Of a stretch of 64,000 nt of DNA, positions 10,177 through 19,647 are shown in pieces; the stretch's first letter is position 1; every line of letters begins with the position of its first letter. The translations under genes were made by a program, and so were the position numbers. This DNA comes from an uncultured Lentimicrobiaceae bacterium. Its GTDB lineage: Bacteria > Bacteroidota > Bacteroidia > Bacteroidales > SKPS01. Under the pieces are notes generated by a model that was not told the origin of the DNA, ran no database searches, and was given only the letters and a program-made list of their open reading frames with translations. The DNA lies in NCBI GenBank assembly GCA_964469215.1, contig CAYXYB010000004.1:103744-167743 (forward strand). Direction: 5' to 3'.

Positions 10177-11049
10177 TTAAAAAGCAATGATTCTTTTCTT
10201 AATTTCTTCCATAAGCCAGAGAGGAGTAGAAGTGCCACCGCAAATACCGACTCTTGCAACTCCGGAAAACCATTCGGGTTGTAAATCATCTACTTTACTT
10301 ACTAAATATGTTGAGGGATTGTAAGCTTTACAAACTTCAAAGAGATATTTTCCATTTGAACTTTTCGGATCGCCAGCAAATACGACCACATCATAACTCA
10401 TAACAAACTGGGAGAGTTCATCTGCACGGTTTGAAACTTTGCGACAGATCGAATCAAAAGCCATAAAATCATATTCCTCATCAGAATCAATCTGTTTCAT
10501 CCTATCAATTATCCCTTGCTGAAGATATAAAAACTGATCATGATTCTGAGTGGTTTGGGCAAAAAACCTTACAGGTTTTCTGAAATCAATCTTATCAAGA
10601 TCCTCAATCTTTCCGATCACTATTACCCGGTCCGGAGCCTGCCCTTTTAAACCAATAACTTCTGCATGATTCTCTTTTCCGAAAATAACAATCTGCCCAT
10701 CAACGTTTTCCATATCCAGATAAACATTCTTTATCCTTCTCTGAAGATTCAGCACAATAGGACAGGTTGCATCAATAATCCTGATATTGTTTTTTCTGGC
10801 CGTTTCGTACGTTCCTGGGGGTTCTCCGTGAGCTCTGATCAACACGGTTTTATCTTTAAGCATTTCAAAATCATCAAGATCAATTATCCTGAGGCCCATC
10901 TTTTTGAGACGTTCAACCTCCATATTGTTATGAACAATGTCTCCAAGACAATAAACCTCATCGGCTTCTGACAGAGAACTTTCTGCTGCTCTGATTGCGT
11001 GAACCACCCCAAAACAAAAACCCGATTTCGGATCAATTTCAACAACCAT
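10177..11049 (-). CDS. ispH: 4-hydroxy-3-methylbut-2-enyl diphosphate reductase
   Basis: 290 aa. GFCFGVVHAI, three conserved Cys (C12, C96, C201 region), and the HNNMEV motif of the IspH/LytB family. Confidence 0.9.
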   Translation of the reverse strand: MVVEIDPKSGFCFGVVHAIRAAESSLSEADEVYCLGDIVHNNMEVERLKKMGLRIIDLDDFEMLKDKTVLIRAHGEPPGTYETARKNNIRIIDATCPIVLNLQRRIKNVYLDMENVDGQIVIFGKENHAEVIGLKGQAPDRVIVIGKIEDLDKIDFRKPVRFFAQTTQNHDQFLYLQQGIIDRMKQIDSDEEYDFMAFDSICRKVSNRADELSQFVMSYDVVVFAGDPKSSNGKYLFEVCKAYNPSTYLVSKVDDLQPEWFSGVARVGICGGTSTPLWLMEEIKKRIIAF

Positions 11050-11971
11050 TATTTTTATTCTTTCTTTTTAATTCATCCATAGAGATTGTTAACCATTCCA
11101 GGTAAGACTCAATATCATCCGGATGATACCATTTTATGTTGCTGTCGCGTCTGAACCAGGTCATCTGCCTCTTGGCATACCTTCTTGTATTGGTTTTTAT
11201 CTTTTCAACAGCCTCTTCAAAGGATGTCAAACCATCCAACCAGTTAAATATCTCCTTATATCCAACACTTTTCAGGGCATTTTTGTTCTTCACATGATAC
11301 AGGGTACGACATTCATCAATAAGTCCTTCAGATATCATGCGATCGACGCGAAGTTCAATTCTGGCTGATAATTCCTCTTTGGGTCTGAGAAGACCCGACT
11401 TGATTATTGCAAAAGGTCTTTCCCTTTTCTGTGCAATACGAAGACTGCTGAATTTTTTTCCTGTGGTGACTATCACTTCAAGTGCACGTAAAAGCCTTGC
11501 CGGATTCTTTTGGTCAATGGAACTAAAATAATCCGGATCCCTGACAGCCACCTCCTGCTGCAACCAGATCAACCCCTTATTTCTATATTCTTCGTTTAAC
11601 CTTTTCCTGACTTCTGGATCAATATCAGGCAGATCATCAATTCCATTTTCAAGCACATCGCAATACAATCCTGAACCACCGGTCATTACGGCTACATCAG
11701 ATAACTGATGTAGCGTATCTATCGATTCCAGCGCTTCCAGTTCAAACAAAGACACATTGTAATTATCCATAATTGACCTATGCCCAATCTGGTAATGCTT
11801 AACCATTGCAAGCTGCTCAGGTTCAGGTACCGCAGTACCAACCAACATCTCTTTGTAAACCTGTCTGGAATCTGCTGAAATAATTCCCGTACCAAAATAC
11901 CTGGCCACTTTTATGGCAAATTCAGTTTTACCGACTGCAGTCGGTCCGACGATCATCACCAGGTACTTCAT
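11039..11971 (-). CDS. miaA: tRNA dimethylallyltransferase
   Basis: P-loop GPTAVGKT followed by IISADSRQVYKEM. About 310 aa. Overlaps the ispH start by 11 nt, suggesting an operon. Confidence 0.9.
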   Translation of the reverse strand: MKYLVMIVGPTAVGKTEFAIKVARYFGTGIISADSRQVYKEMLVGTAVPEPEQLAMVKHYQIGHRSIMDNYNVSLFELEALESIDTLHQLSDVAVMTGGSGLYCDVLENGIDDLPDIDPEVRKRLNEEYRNKGLIWLQQEVAVRDPDYFSSIDQKNPARLLRALEVIVTTGKKFSSLRIAQKRERPFAIIKSGLLRPKEELSARIELRVDRMISEGLIDECRTLYHVKNKNALKSVGYKEIFNWLDGLTSFEEAVEKIKTNTRRYAKRQMTWFRRDSNIKWYHPDDIESYLEWLTISMDELKRKNKNNGC

Positions 11972-12004
11972 TTAATGATAGCTTGTTAAGAAAATTTTTA
12001 TCAT

Positions 12005-13783
12005 TTAATGCTTGTCAGCAACACTCCAGACAACCTCTGCAATATCCTTAACCGGTTTCATTGTTCCATAATTAAAACTCTTTTTGCATTGAGGACAGCC
12101 GGTAACCAGGATATCCGGGTCCGATATAAGCAATTCTCCTAACGAATTATCACGCATCATCTGCCTCTCTACCTCAGGAGTAATCATATCTGCCAAACTA
12201 TTTCCGCAACACAGAGATTCTGATTTCTGATGACCATTCACTATCAATCCACCACAATATGCAAGAAGAGTTCTTGGTTCATTATAAATTTTTAACCCCC
12301 TGCCAAGATCACAGGGATCGTGATAAACCATGGTCTCAGCACTCTGATTGATATGAATCAACCCTTGTTCTATTAACCTGAGCAGGTATTGTGAATGATG
12401 AAGTACTTCAATGCCGAGATTATAATCTTCAGAAAAGACTCTGAGGCAAATCGGACATGAGGTTACCAGAGTAGAAATTCCACTCTCTCTGATAATTCTT
12501 TTATTTTCCTTTATTAGTGCTCTCGCCTGCCGCTCATTCCCAGACATCATCAAAGGTCTTCCACAACAAATTGTTGAATCTCTGTCGATAAAGAAAACTT
12601 TCACTCCTGCTGTTTTGAATAATCCCTCCATTGCGATTTTTATCGTAGGTGTCAGATGGGTCATGCATCCTGCAAAATAGCCGACCTGAACAGATACAGG
12701 ATCAACAACTACACGCTCTTCAACATATTTATAGCTAAATCCGTCTTCCAGAGCATATTCATTCCTCTTAATCTTTCTGATATCATTGACTTCGATACCT
12801 ACAGGGCAGTATTCTGTGCATCTTCCGCACAACATGCAGTTGAATACTTTTTCGGATTGGAGAATATTTCTTCTGATATCCTGAATAAAATATACAGCTT
12901 GTATTGGTTCAGGCCTCACCTCAGCCAGCTGGCATTTATCGATGCAGATTCCACAACGGGAACATGAATAGATCTCAAATTCAGTGTATCCGTTGAATTT
13001 TTTGCAGGTCTTAATCCCGCAGTTTCTCATAAAGATCAGGAACAGCTCAGTTGGGATGTGATTATATCGTGAAAAAGGAATAAAGACAAAGAACAGGAAT
13101 AGTACAGAAGAGTATGCCCACCATGCAGGATATTCAAGGTACTGAAGTGGCAGTGTCGCTGAAAACACCTGACCGGCAGTACCTGTAAGGAATCCTCCAT
13201 TTTGGTGCAGCCCCGATGTAAAACTTTCTGCAAGGAACCTTAACGGAAAAATAAGCCACAAACTGTACAGGGCAATTTTATCACCTGCAACAAGCTTAGT
13301 TGTTCTTTTCATTCCAAAGAACTGGCTTCTGATTCTCTTAACAACTGCAAAAATTGTTGCAGCCAACAAAATAAGAAGAAGCAGATCCATTATGAAGCTG
13401 AATCCTTCAGCGAAGAAAAAACCATTAACATCATGTTCAAAATACCTAAGGAATATGGGATCCCAGGGCATATTAAAAACTTTGTGCTTATGAAATTTCG
13501 ACTCGAAAGTTCCTGCAACGATTAACAAAAACCAGCCAAAAGCAAGGCTCATATGCATCCATCCGAGCATGGCATTAACCCTGAATACTTTTCTATGCAG
13601 AAGGCTTTCTGAAAAAACCTCCCATAATGATCTGAAGAATGCAGGCCGGAAAAAGCCCATCCATGCCTTTCGCCTGTCGGACCTGGGCATTTGTACTATC
13701 CAATAGGTATATCGGGCAAGCAATATTGCAAACAGGATCAATGAACCTGCAACGAAGGGTATTACAAAAGGATCATAATTCAT
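12005..13783 (-). CDS. Membrane-anchored HdrD/DsrK-like Fe-S protein (polytopic NarI/HdrE/DsrM-like N-terminal domain, 2x[4Fe-4S], two CCG domains)
   Basis: About 250 aa with 5-6 TM helices, then CSRCGICIDKC and CMLCGRCTEYCP ferredoxin motifs. These are followed by the cysteine-rich CCG motifs CCGRPL and CCGNS with CPIC/CPQC. Confidence 0.65.
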   Translation of the reverse strand: MNYDPFVIPFVAGSLILFAILLARYTYWIVQMPRSDRRKAWMGFFRPAFFRSLWEVFSESLLHRKVFRVNAMLGWMHMSLAFGWFLLIVAGTFESKFHKHKVFNMPWDPIFLRYFEHDVNGFFFAEGFSFIMDLLLLILLAATIFAVVKRIRSQFFGMKRTTKLVAGDKIALYSLWLIFPLRFLAESFTSGLHQNGGFLTGTAGQVFSATLPLQYLEYPAWWAYSSVLFLFFVFIPFSRYNHIPTELFLIFMRNCGIKTCKKFNGYTEFEIYSCSRCGICIDKCQLAEVRPEPIQAVYFIQDIRRNILQSEKVFNCMLCGRCTEYCPVGIEVNDIRKIKRNEYALEDGFSYKYVEERVVVDPVSVQVGYFAGCMTHLTPTIKIAMEGLFKTAGVKVFFIDRDSTICCGRPLMMSGNERQARALIKENKRIIRESGISTLVTSCPICLRVFSEDYNLGIEVLHHSQYLLRLIEQGLIHINQSAETMVYHDPCDLGRGLKIYNEPRTLLAYCGGLIVNGHQKSESLCCGNSLADMITPEVERQMMRDNSLGELLISDPDILVTGCPQCKKSFNYGTMKPVKDIAEVVWSVADKH

Positions 13784-14108
13784 ATAGCTCTATTCCTTTT
13801 GCGATATTAATTATCACGTTTCTGGTATTTACACCTTTCGGGCAAACCAACTGGCACTTCCCACATAACATACAACACTCAATCTCTTTTTTAACAATGT
13901 CATTCATACCCCTCCGTAGTAAAAGTGACACCCTTCGAAGGCTTAAAGATGTAAAATTTCCTGCACTACACGTGGCAGCACATGTACCGCAAAAAATACA
14001 CAGGTTAATTGATGGCTCATGGGCATATACATAATTGTATAGCCTTTTATCGGTTTTGTCGAAATCTATCTGCCTGTCATTGTGCAGGGTATAGCCAAAA
14101 TTCCTCAT
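13773..14108 (-). CDS. Small 2x[4Fe-4S] ferredoxin-like protein
   Basis: CIFCGTCAATCS and CMLCGKCQLVCP motifs. Overlaps both neighbouring genes, suggesting translational coupling. Confidence 0.65.
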   Translation of the reverse strand: MRNFGYTLHNDRQIDFDKTDKRLYNYVYAHEPSINLCIFCGTCAATCSAGNFTSLSLRRVSLLLRRGMNDIVKKEIECCMLCGKCQLVCPKGVNTRNVIINIAKGIELYEL

Positions 14109-15156
14109 GAGATTTCATTTTGCGGTTTGCGAGTATGTTATCTGAAAGATAGATGTCGATTGCTGTTGCTGCAGCCCTGGCATCAGTAATGGCATTTGTA
14201 ATGGTATTTGGCCCGATACAGGTGCCGGCAAAGAAAACGCCGGGTAAAGTGCTGTAATTTGTCATGGTATGCTGGTCTGCTGTTTTAAAAAAGCCATTCA
14301 CTCCTAATGTAAGGCCAAGCATTTCTGCAGTTTTTCTGGTTCCTTCCGATGGGATAAAACCCACCAGCAGAACCAGTATATCCACATTTATCTTCATTGG
14401 CCGGCCGGCAAGTGTGTCTTCAACCTTCAGGGCAATGCTGCCATCAAAATTTTCAGATGCTTCAGACAAGCGACCCCTGACAAACTGTACATTGTAATCC
14501 TCCTGTGCCTTTTTGTACAATGCTTCAAAATGCATCCCATACATACGGAGATCCATATAAAAGTTGAAGATTTCAGCATCAGGTAACTGTTGTTTTAACT
14601 CTATTGCTTGTTTTACACCTGTAACACAGCAAACTTTTGAACAATACGTATGGCCGGCTTTTTCGTCACGTGAACCCACACAGTGAACAATACCAAACCT
14701 TTCAGGCACTTTCCCCGTCGTAGTCAGAATTGGTTTTCCCTCAATAAATAACTCTTCAAGTTCTGCCGACGTGATTACATTATTATATATGCCATATCCG
14801 TACTCCTCCTTCTTTCTCGCATCAAACAAATCATAACCCGTTGCCAAAAGAAGCGAGTCTCCTTTCAGTTGGTATCCTTTGGTGGTTGTTAAAAAAATCA
14901 ATTCCCCTTCTTTCCTGATATCTGTAATATCGGTTTCAAGATGCACAGTAACACTCTTGTTTTCCACACCCTGTGCAAGAAAATCAATAACCTCACTACC
15001 ACGCCTCATGGTAGGAAACAACCTGTCCCAGTGAGCCAGCCTCCCTCCCAGCCTGGAACCCTTTTCAATGATGTCAACGGTATAACCCTTTGCTGCCAGA
15101 AAGGATGAAGCCTCCATCCCGGCAATACCCCCTCCTATCACTAAAACATTCTTCAT
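14077..15156 (-). CDS. Short HdrA-like FAD-dependent oxidoreductase
   Basis: Rossmann motif VLVIGGGIAGMEAS. HdrA-type cluster motif CVGSRDEKAGHTYCSKVCC (CxGxRDx6-8CSxxCC). 359 aa, which is the short form also seen in bacterial sHdrA-type proteins. Confidence 0.7.
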   Translation of the reverse strand: MKNVLVIGGGIAGMEASSFLAAKGYTVDIIEKGSRLGGRLAHWDRLFPTMRRGSEVIDFLAQGVENKSVTVHLETDITDIRKEGELIFLTTTKGYQLKGDSLLLATGYDLFDARKKEEYGYGIYNNVITSAELEELFIEGKPILTTTGKVPERFGIVHCVGSRDEKAGHTYCSKVCCVTGVKQAIELKQQLPDAEIFNFYMDLRMYGMHFEALYKKAQEDYNVQFVRGRLSEASENFDGSIALKVEDTLAGRPMKINVDILVLLVGFIPSEGTRKTAEMLGLTLGVNGFFKTADQHTMTNYSTLPGVFFAGTCIGPNTITNAITDARAAATAIDIYLSDNILANRKMKSHEEFWLYPAQ

Positions 15157-15314
15157 CAGACAACCTTTTTTAAATGATAGCCACTAAAGATAATCAATTA
15201 TATCTTAATTAATATAATTCTTTGATTATCTATAATTAAACTATCACAACCCATTTTTACTCAGATGACTTTTTACTTTTAATTTTTGCCTTTAACCTTT
15301 TGCCTTTTTACAGG

Positions 15315-16373
15315 TTAAATGTTTACAAATTTCGGTTCACCAAGATCAATCCCCCCTACCCCTTTATATTTCATGCCAGGATCATAGTCAATGCCAATCT
15401 TGTCGAGCAACGGCTGTACATCAACATGGTGCAACTGTAATCCGAGATCCCAGGGATCATATCCCAATACAAGGCCGGCAACCTCTTCATAAGTAAAAAC
15501 GGGTATCCCCTTTCCGTTCTCTCCATAGGTCTTTCCCTCCATTTCCCTGATAACAAATTGCCATCTATCAAGGAAATAGGGACATCCAGGACAGTTTGTT
15601 ATGATCATATCTGGCTTAAAAGGAGCCATTGACTCGAATTTCTTTCTTGAGCATGACAGAGAATATCCCCGGTTGGCCTGAACAAGATACTGCCTGAAAC
15701 CAAATCCGCAGCAATGTCTTCTTTCCGGATAGTCGATAACCTCGCCTCCCCAGGCTTCAATCATACCTGCCAGTACATAAGGGTATTCGGCACCACCTAT
15801 ACCTTTATGTGGAAACATCCGTGCATAATGACATCCGATATGTTCAACCACCCTCAAAGGCTCACCCGTTGATTTGTTGACCAGTCGATACTTACCCTTG
15901 TCCGCAATGTCATCTCTGAATTTATAGATTATATCACTGGTATGGGCAAGGTTTTCCGGGATTTCAAACTCCCTTCCTGTTGCCCGCATGAGCTGAGTCC
16001 GTGTACGTTCTAATGTTTCCGGGAACTCATGCCATGTTTCAAGAATTTCGGTGTATATGCCAAAGGATGTAATACATGAGGGGACAAAGTTTCTATAACC
16101 TGCTGCTGTCATGAGAGCAAATTGTCTGGCTACCACTGTCATGGTTGTCTCCAGTGGAACAACATCAGAATGGTAGGCTATACCTGTGCAGGTAGTATGT
16201 GCAGGATCATCAAAAACATCCAGTTTCAACTCCTTCTGAAGGATCCTTAAAAACGCAGCTTCCGAACCCGGAAAGAAGTTCTGCCTTATGCAGCTTCGTG
16301 CATAGTAGTAATGATTTTCAGCTATCTCCTTCTGATACTCTTTCCAGATAATTTGTTTACCCTCTATTATCAT
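15315..16373 (-). CDS. HdrB-like CCG-domain protein
   Basis: Canonical C-terminal CCG domain (GCHYARM...HCCGFGF...NCPGC). The N-terminal CCG-like domain is degenerate. Confidence 0.65.
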   Translation of the reverse strand: MIIEGKQIIWKEYQKEIAENHYYYARSCIRQNFFPGSEAAFLRILQKELKLDVFDDPAHTTCTGIAYHSDVVPLETTMTVVARQFALMTAAGYRNFVPSCITSFGIYTEILETWHEFPETLERTRTQLMRATGREFEIPENLAHTSDIIYKFRDDIADKGKYRLVNKSTGEPLRVVEHIGCHYARMFPHKGIGGAEYPYVLAGMIEAWGGEVIDYPERRHCCGFGFRQYLVQANRGYSLSCSRKKFESMAPFKPDMIITNCPGCPYFLDRWQFVIREMEGKTYGENGKGIPVFTYEEVAGLVLGYDPWDLGLQLHHVDVQPLLDKIGIDYDPGMKYKGVGGIDLGEPKFVNI

Positions 16374-16388
16374 TGCTTTTAACCGATA

Positions 16389-17099
16389 TTAGTGTTTACT
16401 GTCGTGAAGCTTCGAATTTGCAGTGTATACATGCATAAAATATTCATCCTTGCCTTCACTGAATTCCAGCCCCATCTCTGCAGCTTTGAGTTCAGAGATC
16501 TGCTCTATCTTGTCCCACCGTTTAAGAGCACCTGTCTCTTCAAAAATCGCATGCAATTCATCAAGTGATTTCTTTGAAATTTTCCTGAGCGTTCCTGACC
16601 CTTCGCCATTATAATTACCTCCGAGCCTTTCAATGACCTCTTTTACATTTTCACGGAACCAATCCCAAATTGGTCCCTGTTCAGGGTGCATTGTGGTTTC
16701 AACCTCGTCAATATGAACGCAATATCCATACTTCAGTATCCATTCACCAACGGTTCTTTTTATAGCCAGCTGCTGCCTCCCTTTTTCAGATTCTGCAAAA
16801 TATCCCAGATCCTGTGACAGATTTCTCAAAGCGATCACTATCAGCCCCGGTGTATTACTTCGCGGACATCTGGTTCTGCACGACATACACTCTCCGCAAA
16901 ACCAGATAGTTTCACTTTTAAGTAATGCTATTATTTTTGAGTCATCCCTGGTCTGAACCGTATCGGCTATTATCCTGGGATCATAATTATAGAAAGAGGC
17001 TGCCGGACAGATAGCTGTACAGGTTCCGCAATTGATACAGGCATTAAGTCCCTCCTCAAACCTCACATCCTTACATAAACGATCGTATAATTTCCCCAT
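16389..17099 (-). CDS. HdrC-like 2x[4Fe-4S] protein
   Basis: CINCGTCTAICP and CGECMSCRTRCP motifs. First gene of the hdrC-B-A-like operon. Confidence 0.65.
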   Translation of the reverse strand: MGKLYDRLCKDVRFEEGLNACINCGTCTAICPAASFYNYDPRIIADTVQTRDDSKIIALLKSETIWFCGECMSCRTRCPRSNTPGLIVIALRNLSQDLGYFAESEKGRQQLAIKRTVGEWILKYGYCVHIDEVETTMHPEQGPIWDWFRENVKEVIERLGGNYNGEGSGTLRKISKKSLDELHAIFEETGALKRWDKIEQISELKAAEMGLEFSEGKDEYFMHVYTANSKLHDSKH

Positions 17100-17135
17100 G
17101 GTTTTGTACTGCTGTTAGTATATAGGAAAAGTAGA

Positions 17136-17143
17136 CAAATGTA
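17136..17143 (-). promoter_or_regulatory. Candidate Bacteroidota -7 box (TACATTTG) for the hdr-like operon
   Basis: Matches TAnnTTTG on the minus strand, about 37 nt upstream of the hdrC-like start codon. Confidence 0.35.
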
Positions 17144-17212
17144 TGAATATTTTCATTAAGACATGGTATCTATACATTTTTTTACATATTCCGGTTTCTT
17201 CTTGTTTAGCAA

Positions 17213-17372
17213 GCGTTTGGCTCACATCGTTGGCGTTCAGGGTTCTTTGCTCTCGCTAAACTCGGACGTTCTGAGTTCTTTGTCTTCGTTACGCTCAGGC
17301 GTTCCGGGTTCGGATCGCTTCACTTGTGTTATGGTTCATTGCTCACTTCGGTCGTGCGTTCCGGCTGTTGCC
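17213..17372. repeat. Degenerate direct repeats of about 33 bp with a CGTTCnGrGTTC core, in a divergent promoter region
   Basis: Core copies at 17234-17245, 17267-17278 and 17300-17311 (exact 33-bp spacing) and at 17357-17368, plus a decayed copy near 17327-17337. Confidence 0.6.
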
Positions 17373-17467
17373 TTTAAGCCTGACAAATAGACAAAAAACA
17401 AAAGCTAACAGACAATAGTCTTTTTAGTAGAGATTTAAAAGAGTTGCCCACTCTATCTCAAATACAC

Positions 17468-17475
17468 TACCTTTG
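17468..17475 (+). promoter_or_regulatory. Candidate -7 box (TACCTTTG) for the two-component operon
   Basis: Matches TAnnTTTG about 57 nt upstream of the response-regulator ATG. Confidence 0.35.
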
Positions 17476-17531
17476 AACTGCAAAGTTATGTCCCACAAAA
17501 CCGTTCAGTTCGAAATCAAAACCTTACAATC

Positions 17532-18209
17532 ATGAAGATCCTCCTGGTGGAAGATGACCCAAAAGTTGCCTCTTTTATCAAGCGCGGCCTTACTGAAAAC
17601 AATATGAAAGTTGACCTTGCCACAGATGGCCAACAAGGGGAAGTCATGGCAAACGACAATTCATACGATCTGATAATTCTTGATATTTTGTTACCGAAAA
17701 TTACTGGGTTGGATATTTGCCGCAAAATCAGATCTCTCGACAGCAAAACCCCAATCCTGATGCTTACTGCACTTGGAACTATCAACGACAAGGTTACAGG
17801 CCTGAATGCCGGAGCAGATGACTATCTTGTTAAGCCTTTTGAATTCAGAGAATTGCTGGCAAGAATAAATGCTTTAACAAGACGAACCTATGATCTCAAT
17901 TCCAACACTTTACTTCAGATTGCAGACATGGAGGTGAATATTGAAGCAAAGACTGTTAAACGAATGGGTAAAGAGATACGTCTTACCGCTAAAGAGTTTA
18001 ATCTGCTGGTTTTTCTTCTCAGACACAAGGGAAGGGTAATTTCCCGAAGTGAAATCGAAGAGAAGATCTGGGGCACAACCTTTGAAAGAGAAAGTAATGT
18101 TGTAGATGTTTATATCAACTTTCTCAGAAAGAAAATTGACAGGGATTTTGAATCAAAACTTATTCACACAATTATTGGAATGGGATATGTACTAAAACTC
18201 AAAGGGTAA
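17532..18209 (+). CDS. OmpR/PhoB-family response regulator
   Basis: Receiver domain (MKILLVEDD, DLIILDILLP, T/K residues) plus a winged-helix trans_reg_C domain (LTAKEFNLLVFLLRHKGRVISR...GMGYVL). Confidence 0.9.
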   Translation: MKILLVEDDPKVASFIKRGLTENNMKVDLATDGQQGEVMANDNSYDLIILDILLPKITGLDICRKIRSLDSKTPILMLTALGTINDKVTGLNAGADDYLVKPFEFRELLARINALTRRTYDLNSNTLLQIADMEVNIEAKTVKRMGKEIRLTAKEFNLLVFLLRHKGRVISRSEIEEKIWGTTFERESNVVDVYINFLRKKIDRDFESKLIHTIIGMGYVLKLKG

Positions 18210-19579
18210 TGAGTATAAGATTAAGATTGATGCTGTTATTTACAACGATAACAGCAGTAATCCTTGGGGCATTTTCCATTAACATTTATTATTCTACTGT
18301 CTATATCCGAAAGAATGCCTTCCTCGACAGGCTTTGGGAAAGATCTGATATTGTTGTACAGTTGCTGAGAGATAACCCGAATCCTGATCTAAGCTGTATT
18401 CATCCATCTGCCCGCAATACATACTGGACTATCCTGCCGGAAGAGGAGATCGTTGTTTTCGACAATAATGGTCATTCTATGTTTATAAATGAATTTACCG
18501 CCCTCAATATCAATTATTATAGAATAATTGAATTGCTTAAAAAAACGGAAACGTCTGAATACATGCTTGGGCAGAGAAAATTCGTCGGGGTAAGAGAAAG
18601 AATCAATGGCAAAACATATTACGTGATAGTATCAGCATGGGACAAAAATGGGCACCGGTTGCTAAATAACCTTAGAATCACAATTGTATCCTCTTTTATT
18701 GCCTCTATTATGGTCATTATTCTGGCTGGATGGCTTTTTGCAAGAAAGATATTCCAACCAATAGAAAAAATCATTGAGACAGCAGGAAGAATAAGTGAAA
18801 CTGATCTTCACCTGAGGGTTTCTATACCACGAGGCAAGAATGAACTGGTAAGACTTGTAAATACCATCAATGAATCTTTTGACAGACTACAGAAATCATT
18901 TGAGGTTCAGAAAACTTTTGTTGCAAATGCGTCTCATGAACTTCGCACACCATTAACAGCTTTGCAAGGGGATCTTGAACTGGCTCTCTACAAAGAACGT
19001 TCAGCCGAAGAATACAGGCAATATCTTTCTGCTGCTTATGAAGACTCCAGGCAATTATCACGGCTGGTAAACAACCTTCTTCTGTTTGCGCAAACAAGTA
19101 ACAACCCGAATAAACTAGACTTCCAACCTGTAAGGGTAGATGAGCTGCTTCTTGATGTTATTCAGAAAACCCTTATCTCTTACCCGGGACGAAATATTGA
19201 TTTCAGGTTCAAAGATAAAACATCTGATGAGAGAAGATATGCTGTATATGGAATTGAAAATCTGCTAAGTATTGCTTTTGCAAATATTCTTGAAAATGCC
19301 TTGAAGTTTTCAAAAGGCACGCCAGTTCTGATAGAAATATCAACAGAAAACAACCTTGCAATAAATATAATCGACCACGGGATAGGTATTTCACTGGCTG
19401 ATGTGGAGAGCATTTTTGTCCCTTTCTACAGATCAAAAAGATCCTCAGATGTAACTGGATTCGGTCTTGGACTGCCACTTGCCAGGCAAATCATTGAACT
19501 CCACAATGGAACAATCTCAGTAGAAAGCAAAATAAGCGAAGGAACAAAAGTAATGATCATTTTTCCCTCAAGCCTTTAA
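18209..19579 (+). CDS. Sensor histidine kinase (2 TM, HAMP, HisKA, HATPase_c)
   Basis: H-box FVANASHELRTPLT and N/G boxes (NILENALKFS, DHGIGI, GFGLGL). The start overlaps the regulator stop (TAATG). Confidence 0.9.
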   Translation: MSIRLRLMLLFTTITAVILGAFSINIYYSTVYIRKNAFLDRLWERSDIVVQLLRDNPNPDLSCIHPSARNTYWTILPEEEIVVFDNNGHSMFINEFTALNINYYRIIELLKKTETSEYMLGQRKFVGVRERINGKTYYVIVSAWDKNGHRLLNNLRITIVSSFIASIMVIILAGWLFARKIFQPIEKIIETAGRISETDLHLRVSIPRGKNELVRLVNTINESFDRLQKSFEVQKTFVANASHELRTPLTALQGDLELALYKERSAEEYRQYLSAAYEDSRQLSRLVNNLLLFAQTSNNPNKLDFQPVRVDELLLDVIQKTLISYPGRNIDFRFKDKTSDERRYAVYGIENLLSIAFANILENALKFSKGTPVLIEISTENNLAINIIDHGIGISLADVESIFVPFYRSKRSSDVTGFGLGLPLARQIIELHNGTISVESKISEGTKVMIIFPSSL

Positions 19580-19623
19580 TCGCTTTTTAATCTCTTTATA
19601 ATCATTCTTTAATTCTTAAATGC

Positions 19624-19631
19624 TAATTTTG
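19624..19631 (+). promoter_or_regulatory. Candidate -7 box (TAATTTTG) for asnB
   Basis: Matches TAnnTTTG 17 nt upstream of the GTG start. Confidence 0.3.
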
Positions 19632-19647
19632 TCCAAAAGTTTATTAC

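Noticed and set aside
17296-17320. tRNA T-arm-like GGGTTCGGATCGC string
   Set aside because: No acceptor stem, anticodon arm or D-arm can be drawn around it. It is one copy of the CGTTCnGrGTTC repeat core.
17163-17390. 75-aa ORF spanning the hdr/two-component intergenic region
   Set aside because: Its sequence is simply the translation of the 33-bp degenerate repeats (SL..S..RS..VPGS reiterations). It sits between two divergent promoters and has no start context or homology.
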